Shown here: piece by piece, positions 51,228 to 60,205 of the stretch
Layout: each line of letters starts with the position of its first letter
Numbering within the stretch: position 1 is the first letter of the stretch
Assembly (NCBI GenBank): GCA_044426085.1
Contig: JAWXUU010000005.1
Coordinates: 40,598 to 104,597, forward strand
From: Bacillota bacterium
GTDB lineage: Bacteria > Bacillota > Clostridia > Christensenellales > CAMQZB01
Reading direction: 5' to 3'
Length of the DNA stretch: 64,000 nt
The notes under the pieces: model-generated
What the model was told of the DNA's origin: nothing
Database searches by the model: none
What the model saw: the letters and a program-made list of their open reading frames with translations, nothing else
Made by a program: the position numbers and the translations under genes

Positions 51228-51779
51228 ATGAAAACAATAATTATAACTGGAAAGCAGTGTTGCGGAAAGCGAACGCTTGCAAACCACATTGCGTATTCTT
51301 TGAAATTTCAGCATGTGTATAAGGTTGCAGTGACGGATGAAACCGACCTTTTCGGGCAGATAGACAGCTATTATTACAGCGAAGTTCAAAATGAAGTTTT
51401 CGATGATGATATTGGCGATGTTGTGTTTGTGGCGGGCACGCAAAAAGAACTTTTGGGAAGCTACGGTTTTGAAAAGTCTGCTTTTGAAGATGGCGATTAT
51501 GTGATAACTGCAATGCCTTCTCAACTTGAAAGTATCTTTGAATTTTTGGGAAGTGAAAATTGCGTTGTAATATATTTGAATGTCTTAAACAAGCTAGAAC
51601 GCAGACACAGGGCGATTGGCGAAGGTGATTTTCGAAACTTGCCTTATTGGACTCGGGAAACTGATGAATCTGCACAATTCGAAGATTTGCAATTTGATTT
51701 AGAACTTGATAACAAAGATAAAGATACAAGCAAAGTGATAACTCAAATTCAAAGCTTTATAAAAAATAACGGAGGTTAA
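51228..51779 (+). CDS. P-loop NTPase/kinase-like protein
   Basis: Walker A-like ITGKQCCGKRT at the N-terminus; 183 aa. Confidence 0.45.
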   Translation: MKTIIITGKQCCGKRTLANHIAYSLKFQHVYKVAVTDETDLFGQIDSYYYSEVQNEVFDDDIGDVVFVAGTQKELLGSYGFEKSAFEDGDYVITAMPSQLESIFEFLGSENCVVIYLNVLNKLERRHRAIGEGDFRNLPYWTRETDESAQFEDLQFDLELDNKDKDTSKVITQIQSFIKNNGG

Positions 51780-51781
51780 AA

Positions 51782-52570
51782 ATGAATAAAAATAACAGAA
51801 ACTTTCTCTGGCTTGTCTTGTGCCTTATCTGCGTTGTCGCATTTGTTGCACTTGGCATTTGCAGTGGCGTAAGCCTTGCAAGCGCACAGGAATATGAAGA
51901 TGCGACAGTTGAAGATTTGACTGCTGTGGAAACCATAGTTTCAAGCATTTCAGGCTCGACAGATGATATTTCAGCGCAAATAGAGCTGTGGCAAGAGTAT
52001 ATAGATAAATACATAATGCCAAACGCACTTGCGGTTGTCACGGGGGTAAGCATGGTTTTTGCAGTGTTTTCCAAATTCAAGTATCTTGTGAATCTATATA
52101 AGGAAAACAAGGAGGAATTCGACAGCGAAAAGGAAACGATTTTTGCTGAACTGAAAAGCGAAGTTTCCACAATTATGCAAACTCTTTCGGATGTGAAGCA
52201 ATCGACATCAGACACAATAGAAAGCATGCCGATTTCGCAAATTCAAGAAGATTTATCCAAGGCGAAAGAAGCGTTGGAAACAGAAGTCAGCTCCATTCAA
52301 GATTTCACGAGAATGTTTGAAATCTTTCTCGCGTCAGAAAGAAAGCTTGTCGACACATCATACCTTTCAGCTCAGGATAAGAAAACCATGAAAAAGCTGT
52401 TTTATGAAGGCGAACAGCTTGCAAAGAAAAACCAAGCAAGCCTTTCGGATGTGTCTGATTTTGTGCTTGCAACAATCGGAAGCACAACGGAAGAAACTTC
52501 GCAAGCAGAAAGTGAAAGCGTGGCAACTGATGGCTCAGAAAACACTCAAACGGCGGTGGTGTCAGCATGA
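51782..52570 (+). CDS. Membrane-anchored coiled-coil protein
   Basis: N-terminal TM segment FLWLVLCLICVVAFVALGIC followed by an acidic helical region. Confidence 0.45.
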   Translation: MNKNNRNFLWLVLCLICVVAFVALGICSGVSLASAQEYEDATVEDLTAVETIVSSISGSTDDISAQIELWQEYIDKYIMPNALAVVTGVSMVFAVFSKFKYLVNLYKENKEEFDSEKETIFAELKSEVSTIMQTLSDVKQSTSDTIESMPISQIQEDLSKAKEALETEVSSIQDFTRMFEIFLASERKLVDTSYLSAQDKKTMKKLFYEGEQLAKKNQASLSDVSDFVLATIGSTTEETSQAESESVATDGSENTQTAVVSA

Positions 52571-52983
52571 AAAGAAAGCAACTAACATTTCACGTAATGG
52601 CGTTTATCTTGTCGATTTTGCCACTTGTGGTGCATCTTGGGTTGAATTATGAATACTATTTCACTCAGGTGGATAAAAGTTATGGCGTTGGGTTATTTTT
52701 GGTGATAATCATCTTGATTTACGCACTAAAAGATAAGTTTGCCCAGCTGTTTTGTCACAATGCACAAATGAAAATTTCGCTGTTTTTGCTGATTTTGTTC
52801 TGGTGTGTTTCTAAGGTTTATTCCGAAGTGATACTTCTTGCGTTTTTGTCTTTTGTGGGCAGTGTGCTTTCTGTTCCGCTCACAATTCTCGCAAAAAAGC
52901 AAGCGGGCAAAATCAAAAAAGCTCATCAAATCGACGTGACAAGGGAAGCCCTTGAAGGGGTTATTTCTATCAATAAGAAATAA
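52567..52983 (+). CDS. Multi-pass small membrane protein (holin candidate)
   Basis: 138 aa, about 4 hydrophobic segments, Lys-rich C-terminus; ATGA overlap upstream. Confidence 0.4.
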   Translation: MKRKQLTFHVMAFILSILPLVVHLGLNYEYYFTQVDKSYGVGLFLVIIILIYALKDKFAQLFCHNAQMKISLFLLILFWCVSKVYSEVILLAFLSFVGSVLSVPLTILAKKQAGKIKKAHQIDVTREALEGVISINKK

Positions 52984-52992
52984 GGAGAAGCA

Positions 52993-53862
52993 ATGAGAAA
53001 TATTTTCAGAAACAAAACACTACTTCTAGAAACGCTGTATTTTATTGTGATTGCCGCAATAATCATGGTTGTCACGCTGATAAACTTCACCGAGGCAACG
53101 TTTGAACTTTCGAGGCTGAAAGATGATTATTTTTGGTTTCAATATTCGCTCACTCTTATTTTGGGGCTTTCAACATTCTTTTTATCAAGCCAATGCGGAA
53201 AGATAAAAAAGAAGAAATCCCCAGAAGTTGCAAGGGTGCAAAACGAACTTTCAACATATTTTTCATATATTTCTTCAAACGACGGACTTTATTCTAAGCT
53301 AAAGGAATATTTGAAAAAGGAAAACGAAAATCGCAAGTGCGAACTTTATGTGGCGTGGCTCAAGAAAAAGCGTGAAAAAACGCGAAGTCAAAAAAAGATT
53401 GACTATTATGACAAGCGGATTGAAAACGCAAAAGCGGAATCGGAATTTGCAAATATCAAGTTCACCAAAAAGACAATCAACTTGATTTTTTCGGGATTTT
53501 CCACAAAGGACGAAGACGAGCTTCTGACGTATCGCGGAAACGAACAAATGGCGGAATTTTTGATACCTGCAATTTTTTCGGGGCTACTGATAACGGCAAT
53601 CACGCTTGCGTTTGTTTTGAACTTCACGGAAATTTCAGCGGAAGCTGTTATCAATCTTTGCACCAGATTGGTTTGTATTGGCTCTTATATTTTGAAAGGC
53701 AATGCCTACAGTGAATATTCCGTTGGCACAATTTATTTATCCGCTCTTGAAAACAGAAAAGGCGTGGTGCAGTGCTTTTTCGACGAGATTGGATACAACA
53801 TAACAATAAAAGAAAATCCGTATTATATGTTCTACGGAGAAAAGGAGGATAACACAAAATGA
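52993..53862 (+). CDS. Membrane protein, unknown function
   Basis: TM segments at both ends, with a Lys/Glu-rich central loop. Confidence 0.4.
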   Translation: MRNIFRNKTLLLETLYFIVIAAIIMVVTLINFTEATFELSRLKDDYFWFQYSLTLILGLSTFFLSSQCGKIKKKKSPEVARVQNELSTYFSYISSNDGLYSKLKEYLKKENENRKCELYVAWLKKKREKTRSQKKIDYYDKRIENAKAESEFANIKFTKKTINLIFSGFSTKDEDELLTYRGNEQMAEFLIPAIFSGLLITAITLAFVLNFTEISAEAVINLCTRLVCIGSYILKGNAYSEYSVGTIYLSALENRKGVVQCFFDEIGYNITIKENPYYMFYGEKEDNTK

Positions 53863-54656
53863 GTACAGACACTTCATATTCATCATCATTTCACACGGCA
53901 AATCCATACGAAGCTTATCCAAGCAGTGTTTTTGATAGCGATGAAAAGGAAACAACAACCACAGAAACAACCGAAACGGCAAGCGACTATGTCACTCTTG
54001 CTGTAAGGTCAACAAGTTCATATCTTGAAGAACTTGAAGCGCAAGCGGAAGCTCAGGCTGCCGCAATACTTGAACAGTATGAAATTGCAAAGGCTTCAGC
54101 TTATGAAGACATGAACAATTCAATTTCTCTTTCTCAGCAAGAGTATTTGAAAAACACAAACCCTTATGGCGTGCTAAGCGAAAACCTTTCGTCTTATGGC
54201 TTCGACAGCACTGGCGGATATTCCGTTTCAAACGCGCAATCAAGTTATGCAAACTATATCAACTCGCAAAACAGTGCGAACAGTGCGTATAGCGATGCGG
54301 TCACGGACCTAGCGGTAAGCGCCATTGATTCTCAACTTGAAAACAGCTATTTTTATACCGACATAACAGCGGATCTCATGGGGGATATGCAATCGATTTA
54401 TAGTCAGCTTGTTTCAAGTTCCGACAGTTCTAGCAGTGAATATCAAGAAAACATCTTGTCGGCGCTTGAGTTTGTTGAAACGCTTTATAACGTGTCGCCA
54501 ACCAAGGTGACGGCGGATAATGCCGATCTGCAAGCGTATATCGAAAAGATATACGGCGTGACGGGGGATGACTACACTTTCATCGTCGATTCTGTCTTGA
54601 ACCTTTTGGGCTCGTACGGCTTTGTTGAAAATGATTTTTGGAATCAGTTTGAATAG
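53859..54656 (+). CDS. Ser/Thr/Tyr/Asp-rich hypothetical protein
   Basis: ATGA overlap upstream; last gene before the terminator. Confidence 0.4.
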   Translation: MSTDTSYSSSFHTANPYEAYPSSVFDSDEKETTTTETTETASDYVTLAVRSTSSYLEELEAQAEAQAAAILEQYEIAKASAYEDMNNSISLSQQEYLKNTNPYGVLSENLSSYGFDSTGGYSVSNAQSSYANYINSQNSANSAYSDAVTDLAVSAIDSQLENSYFYTDITADLMGDMQSIYSQLVSSSDSSSSEYQENILSALEFVETLYNVSPTKVTADNADLQAYIEKIYGVTGDDYTFIVDSVLNLLGSYGFVENDFWNQFE

Positions 54657-54666
54657 CTAAAACGGC

Positions 54667-54696
54667 AAAAGTCAGCAATTTTTTTGCTGACTTTTT
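54667..54696 (+). terminator. Terminator at the end of the phage-like operon
   Basis: GTCAGCAA-TTTTT-TTGCTGAC plus a T-run. Confidence 0.8.
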
Positions 54697-54793
54697 GTCT
54701 TTTATTAAAAGTCAATTTACAAATGCAAATAAGTGTGGTATTATGTTATTAATAATGTGGTGCACTTATAAAAAGTGTCAGAAAGGGGAAATC

Positions 54794-55840
54794 ATGAACG
54801 TGATTAAAGTTGGAAATCAAACAATTGGTGGTGGCAAAATTGCTATTCAATCAATGATTTCAAAAAAAATAGATAAAACAGAGGAAATCCTTTGTGAAAT
54901 ATCACAAATGAAAGAAGCGGGGCTTGATATCATTCGCCTTGCTGTGCCAACCCTTGGGGATATCCCACACTTCAAAAAAATAGCGGAAAATTCACCCGTG
55001 CCCGTTGTTGCCGACATTCATTTTGATTATAAAATTGCAATCGGGGCGGTGGAAAACGGCGCGTCTAAAATCCGAATCAATCCAGGAAACATCGGAAGTG
55101 AAGATAAAATCAAAGCGGTGTGCGACGCTTGCAAAATGGCGGGTGTGCCAATCCGCGTTGGTGCAAACTTGGGCTCGCTTGAAAAATCAAGTGAAATGCA
55201 GTTTGGAAGAACGGCAAAAGCCATTGTTCACTCTGCTTATGAAAACATAAGAATACTAGAAAAACACAACTTTCACGACATCTGCGTAAGCCTTAAGGCA
55301 AGCGATGTGAAAAGAACGGTCGAGGCAAACCGCTTATTTCGCGAAAGCTATCCGGATTATCCACTGCACATCGGCGTGACGGAAACTGGCACTCGCGAGA
55401 TGGGTGAAGTGAAATCTGCAATCGGCATCGGCGCGTTGCTTTTGGATGGCATTGGTGAAACGCTCAGGGTGTCGCTTACGTCCGACCCAATAAACGAAGT
55501 GCTTTTTGCAAAAAAAATTCTGCGCGGTTGCGGGCTTGAAAAATATGTTGAAGTGATTTCGTGCCCAACTTGCGGAAGGTGCAATTATGACGTTGAAAAA
55601 GTTTCTGCCAAGGTTTCGCAAATGGTTGGTGGAATCGCGTCGGAAAAGGGATATAAAATCGCCGTTATGGGCTGTGTTGTCAACGGCATTGGCGAAGGTA
55701 AGGAAGCGGATATTGGCATAGCTTGCGGTGATAAAAAGTTTGTGATTTTCAAAGGTGGCAAAGTTTTGCAAAGCATTGGCGAGGATGATATGGATATCTT
55801 CTACAACATAATCAAAACAGAATTAAAGGTGGAAAAATAA
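54794..55840 (+). CDS. ispG: 4-hydroxy-3-methylbut-2-enyl diphosphate synthase
   Basis: IGGGKIAIQSM, VADIHFDY and CPTCGRC motifs. Start at MNVIKVG (AGGGGA RBS). Confidence 0.9.
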   Translation: MNVIKVGNQTIGGGKIAIQSMISKKIDKTEEILCEISQMKEAGLDIIRLAVPTLGDIPHFKKIAENSPVPVVADIHFDYKIAIGAVENGASKIRINPGNIGSEDKIKAVCDACKMAGVPIRVGANLGSLEKSSEMQFGRTAKAIVHSAYENIRILEKHNFHDICVSLKASDVKRTVEANRLFRESYPDYPLHIGVTETGTREMGEVKSAIGIGALLLDGIGETLRVSLTSDPINEVLFAKKILRGCGLEKYVEVISCPTCGRCNYDVEKVSAKVSQMVGGIASEKGYKIAVMGCVVNGIGEGKEADIGIACGDKKFVIFKGGKVLQSIGEDDMDIFYNIIKTELKVEK

Positions 55841-55841
55841 A

Positions 55842-57341
55842 ATGAACATAGAAAAAATGCTGTGGGACGAATTCGAGCTTAAAAGCGAAGAAATTAAAAT
55901 CCACCAAGTAAACCTTTGCGAAAAGGATAAAAAAGTCCAAATCGAACTTTTGGTGAAAGAAATCATGCCAGGCGAGAAACAAGATATGGTTAAAGATTTT
56001 TTTTGCGACATAATAAAAACGGATTTTGAAATTTCAATAAAACAAATAAAAAACCACTGTGCTTGCGACATCATCGCAAAAAAAGTTAAGGATTTCATAA
56101 CTCGCGAATCTTCATTTTTGAGAAGTACAAAAGGGGAGGGAGAAATTTCGGTTGAGCAGTTTGAAGATAAATTTTTGGTGATTTATTCAATTGGCGAAAG
56201 GTTTGCAGGCTACTTCAAAACATCGCTAGAAAAAGAGCTCACAAAATATCTATACCGCTGTTTTTTGCAAGAAATTGAAGTGCAAACAGTGGTGATTTCA
56301 GAATTTGAAAGCACCGCCAAAACAGCTTCAAGCGTGCAAGAAAAACCCGTGGAAATTCTGCTTTCAGAAATTGAGCCACTGATTGGTGCAAAGGTGGATC
56401 TTGCCCCCGCGTTTATTTCCGCAGTGGATAGAGAAGCCAAGTTTGTTGTGGTTTGTGGAAAGGTTACAAACCTTAAGCGAATTCAAATCAAAAATCCACG
56501 TCCAAACAAGAACGACCACTTTTATGTGTTCACCCTTGAAGATGTTTCGGGAAGCATAACGTGCAAAATCTTCCAAGCGAAAAAATATAACAAAATCTGC
56601 AGTGAACTTGACGGTGCAGAAATCATAATTTCCGGCTCTTCGGAAAACAACTCGTTTTCGAAAGATGTGGAAATAGTGGTTAAGGCGATTTCCGCTTGCA
56701 AAATCCCCGAAGACATTGAAGACCCACGTTCAAAATCAAAGGCTGTGCCGGAAGAATACAACCTTATTTTCCCCGAAGAAATAGAAGTGTTCACGCAAGA
56801 AAACATCTTCGAAAGCAAAAGGGAAAGCGTTTCGCAACGCGTGAAAGAAAAGCGTATTGTCTGTTTCGACCTTGAAACAACAGGGCTTGATTCTAAACTT
56901 GAAACAATAATAGAAATTGGCGCTGTGGAAATCGTGGACGGCGTTATAATAAGAAAATTTTCAACGCTTGTCGACCCACTTCGTTCGCTTCCGCCGATAA
57001 TAACTCAAATAACAGGCATAACTGATGAAGATGTGGCAGGTCAGCCCACAATCGACGAGGTTTTTCCCGACTTTTTTAAATTCTGCGACGGTGCAGTTTT
57101 GTGCGGTCACAATCTGAAGGGGTTTGATATGAAATTTATCAACGAAGAAGCCGCTCGCGAAGGGTATATTTTCCACAACGAATTGTGGGATACTCTCGAC
57201 ATTGCAAGAATGCTTGTGAAAAACGTAAAAAACCACAAACTTGGCACGCTTTGCGAACATTTTGGCATAGATCTCACAAATGCACACAGAGCGTATCACG
57301 ATGCCATTGCAACAGCGCAATTGCTTATAAAAATCTATTAA
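55842..57341 (+). CDS. DnaQ/PolC-type 3'-5' exonuclease with a ~300-aa N-terminal extension
   Basis: ExoI CFDLETTG, ExoII CGHNLKGFDMKF, ExoIII HRAYHDAIATAQL. Confidence 0.75.
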   Translation: MNIEKMLWDEFELKSEEIKIHQVNLCEKDKKVQIELLVKEIMPGEKQDMVKDFFCDIIKTDFEISIKQIKNHCACDIIAKKVKDFITRESSFLRSTKGEGEISVEQFEDKFLVIYSIGERFAGYFKTSLEKELTKYLYRCFLQEIEVQTVVISEFESTAKTASSVQEKPVEILLSEIEPLIGAKVDLAPAFISAVDREAKFVVVCGKVTNLKRIQIKNPRPNKNDHFYVFTLEDVSGSITCKIFQAKKYNKICSELDGAEIIISGSSENNSFSKDVEIVVKAISACKIPEDIEDPRSKSKAVPEEYNLIFPEEIEVFTQENIFESKRESVSQRVKEKRIVCFDLETTGLDSKLETIIEIGAVEIVDGVIIRKFSTLVDPLRSLPPIITQITGITDEDVAGQPTIDEVFPDFFKFCDGAVLCGHNLKGFDMKFINEEAAREGYIFHNELWDTLDIARMLVKNVKNHKLGTLCEHFGIDLTNAHRAYHDAIATAQLLIKIY

Positions 57342-57459
57342 AAAAAGTAGTTTTTGGCTCAAGATTGCTTTGATATTTTCAAAAAAAGGTATATAATGCT
57401 TTTTATATATGGAAATTGGTAAAATAAATGAAAATAAAATAGTGATTTAAGGTGAAAAT

Positions 57460-58884
57460 ATGTCAAAAACAAAAACTGCACGTGCAATAAACATGTCAAC
57501 CGACCCAATAAAAAAATGCATTGTGAAGCTTGCCCTTCCAATGATGGTGGCTCAGCTTGTCAATATGCTATACAGCATGGTCGACAGAATATACATAGGT
57601 AACATTTCGGAAATTGGCAACTTTGCCTTTGCGGGGATGACAGTTGCATATCCAATAATTGCAATAGTCGCTGCTTTTGCCGCGCTTGGTGCTTATGGTG
57701 CGTCGCCACTTGTGGGAATAAAACTTGGCGAAAAAGACCGTGAAGGTGCACAACAAATCTTGTCCAACTCGTTCTTTATGCTCACGATTTTTGGCGTTAC
57801 TATGACGGCAGTTATCATGCTTTTCAGAGCGGATTTGTTGATTGCTTTTGGCGCAACGGAAAACAATTTCCAATACGCATATGAATACCTATCAATATAT
57901 ATGATAGGCACGATTTTCGTTATGTATGCACTCGGACTCAACGTGTTCATAACTGCACAAGGGTTCTCAACTCGCGCTATGAAAAGCGTCATTTTGGGCG
58001 CTGTGATCAACATCGTGCTAGACCCGATTTTCATTTTCGGACTTGGCATGGCAACAAAGGGCGCTGCACTTGCGACAATCATCGCGCAGTTTTGCAGTGC
58101 GATTTATATCATGAGTTTCCTATTCTCTGGCAAGGGAATTTTGAAGCTGGATTTGAAAAATTTCAAACCGAATCCAAAGATTATCAAATCATTCCTTGCC
58201 CTTGGCGCTGCACCGTTTATTATGTACGTGACAGAAGCCGCCGTTCAAATTGTCTTTAACATTCAAATGACTAATTATGGCGGGGATATGACGGATTATT
58301 TAATAACAACAGTGGGCATTTGCATTTCACTTTTGCAAGTTGTTCTCGTGCCGGTTTCTGCCTTTGCGCAAGGCGCTGCGCCGTTTGTTTCTTTCAACTT
58401 CGGAAGTGGCAATATGCAAAGGGTGAAAAGTGCGGTGAAATTCACCTTGACTGTAACTTTCACAATCGCATTCATAATCGCAATTTGTGCGATTTCAGTT
58501 CCAGAATTGTTTGTTCGAATATTCAACCAAGACCCAATTGTTATTGCTTATGGCAAGCAATATATCCCAATTTTCTTTGCAGGGCTCACCCTTATGGGCG
58601 TTCAAACAGGCATGCAAAACACATTCCTTGCGCTTGGTAAAGCGAAAATTTCACTCTGCCTTGCTTGTTTAAGAAAGCTTGTTTTGCTTATTCCTGCACT
58701 GCTTATTTTGCCAATATTCCTTGGTGTGGATGGCGTGTTTTATGCCGAAGCAATATCGGATTTTATCGCAATAGGCACAACCGTTGTGGTGTTTTCGTTA
58801 ATGTTTGGAAAAATACTCAAACAGCGTGAACAAATGCTTTTGGAAAAAGCTGAAAAAGAAGCGATTGCAAATTTAGAAATATAA
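57460..58884 (+). CDS. MATE-family efflux transporter
   Basis: 474 aa, about 12 TM segments; N-terminus LALPMMVAQLVNMLYSMVDRIYIG. Confidence 0.8.
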   Translation: MSKTKTARAINMSTDPIKKCIVKLALPMMVAQLVNMLYSMVDRIYIGNISEIGNFAFAGMTVAYPIIAIVAAFAALGAYGASPLVGIKLGEKDREGAQQILSNSFFMLTIFGVTMTAVIMLFRADLLIAFGATENNFQYAYEYLSIYMIGTIFVMYALGLNVFITAQGFSTRAMKSVILGAVINIVLDPIFIFGLGMATKGAALATIIAQFCSAIYIMSFLFSGKGILKLDLKNFKPNPKIIKSFLALGAAPFIMYVTEAAVQIVFNIQMTNYGGDMTDYLITTVGICISLLQVVLVPVSAFAQGAAPFVSFNFGSGNMQRVKSAVKFTLTVTFTIAFIIAICAISVPELFVRIFNQDPIVIAYGKQYIPIFFAGLTLMGVQTGMQNTFLALGKAKISLCLACLRKLVLLIPALLILPIFLGVDGVFYAEAISDFIAIGTTVVVFSLMFGKILKQREQMLLEKAEKEAIANLEI

Positions 58885-58897
58885 TTTAAACAGTGAT

Positions 58898-58936
58898 AAA
58901 CTGCAACGATTTTGAAAATTTCGTTGCAGTTTTTTT
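58898..58936. terminator. Bidirectional terminator between convergent genes
   Basis: CTGCAACGA-TTTTGAAAATT-TCGTTGCAG plus a T-run. Confidence 0.75.
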
Positions 58937-59900
58937 ATGCGAAAAATGCCGAAAAAAATATGAAAGTCACAATAAAACCCCAACACATCTGCAAAGTTTT
59001 CAGCGTGAAATATCGCCCACTTGAAATGCCAAACGGAAGTAAAATCCCAAGCGACTGCATGTTTATCGAAACCCCACCAAAGGAAATAAGTGCCACAATA
59101 AAAGCAAGGTTCAAAGGTGAAATTTCAAGCGTCGCAAGGGTGGAAATGCCTTGCGTTATTTCAAAAATCCCCCGTATAACACCGCTTATTTGCGTGTTGA
59201 AAACAGAAAATAATCCGATAACTTCAAGCATTTTTGTGGCGACAGAAAATATGCAAACATATGCACCCACAAGCAGTATTGTCTGAAGTGCGGTGGCAAC
59301 GCTTTGGGTGAAACTTTCAAAAATGCTGAACTCAGATGATGTGTCCCTTTTGATTTTTATTTGTGAAACCGCGGTGATTTTTGGCTGATGAAAAAATATT
59401 TTGTCGAAAAAACAAAGTGAAAAGTATCCAAGAAGACAAGCCGATATGTGGCAAAGCATAAGCAAAACGCCTATCAAAGTTGAGCCTAGCATGATTGTGC
59501 CAACGGTGGCAACAACGAACAAAATGCCAGAACAAGATGTGGAAAACGCGAGCGATTCACCCTCGCGATTGTCAATTTCGCCACTTTGCATAAGGTCGCA
59601 AGCAAGCTTAGCATTCATGGGATATCCCGACAAAAATGCCAGCAAAAACACGTAGGGAAAATGTCGTGACAGCCCGATTTTTTCAAATGGTGCAGAAAGA
59701 AACTTCTGTGAAATTTCAAGCAGAATTCCCGTTTTTAAAAGCACACCACAAAACACAAAAAAAGGAAAAAGCAAAGGCAAAAGCTTCTCGCAAAAAAGTG
59801 TCAGCCCAAAATAAAATGCATCGATATAAACAGCGGGAAAAATCACCACCTGTAAAATCGCCCCCAAACACAAAAAACAAAACGCCCACCGATTTTTCAT
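58935..59900 (-). CDS. ylbJ: YlbJ-like sporulation integral membrane protein (nucleoside-recognition-domain family)
   Basis: Polytopic; the pattern LLPLLFPFFV...LSGYPMNAKL is typical of YlbJ. Lies next to tmcAL (ylbM), as in Bacillus. Confidence 0.55.
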   Translation of the reverse strand: MKNRWAFCFLCLGAILQVVIFPAVYIDAFYFGLTLFCEKLLPLLFPFFVFCGVLLKTGILLEISQKFLSAPFEKIGLSRHFPYVFLLAFLSGYPMNAKLACDLMQSGEIDNREGESLAFSTSCSGILFVVATVGTIMLGSTLIGVLLMLCHISACLLGYFSLCFFDKIFFHQPKITAVSQIKIKRDTSSEFSIFESFTQSVATALQTILLVGAYVCIFSVATKMLEVIGLFSVFNTQISGVIRGIFEITQGISTLATLEISPLNLAFIVALISFGGVSINMQSLGILLPFGISSGRYFTLKTLQMCWGFIVTFIFFSAFFA

Positions 59901-59995
59901 AACCACCCCCGCTGTTATTGTATGCGGAAAGGAAGTTGGGTAGAAGGGGAGTTTGCGTTTGGTTACTAGATACGAAATTCTGCACCACGTTTTAT

Positions 59996-60184
59996 AATTA
60001 AAAATTAAAAATTGTGGTAAAGCATTCCGCTATCGCTGCATGCATTTCAATATATTTTGGCTACAAAAAGCCAAACGCTTTAACCTTTCAAATCTATTAA
60101 TGTAAAAAAGGCTTTAAATTGAAAGCACGAGCAACGCGAGTGCATTACCACAATTTTCAATTTTCACTTTTCACTTTTCAATTC
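59996..60184. mobile_element. MITE/REP-like element, copy E (full core, no outer modules)
   Basis: AATTAAAAATTAAAAATTGTGGTAAAGCATTCCGC...TGCATTTCAAT...TTGGCTACAAAAAGCCAA...ATTGAAAGCACGAGCAACGCGAGTGCATTACCACAATTTTCAATTTTCAC. The core is collinear with copy A. Confidence 0.8.
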
Positions 60185-60205
60185 GAGTGGCAAAGTCACT
60201 TGTAT

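Larger units (their letters stand above)
37770..54697. mobile_element. Compact podovirus-like prophage remnant or phage-derived element (~17 kb) with no recognisable integrase or replication genes
   Basis: Contains an ArpU-like regulator, S24 repressor, terS, terL, portal, P22-type coat, fibre and membrane proteins, between host cdd and ispG. Boundaries are approximate; no flanking direct repeat was found by eye. Confidence 0.65.
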
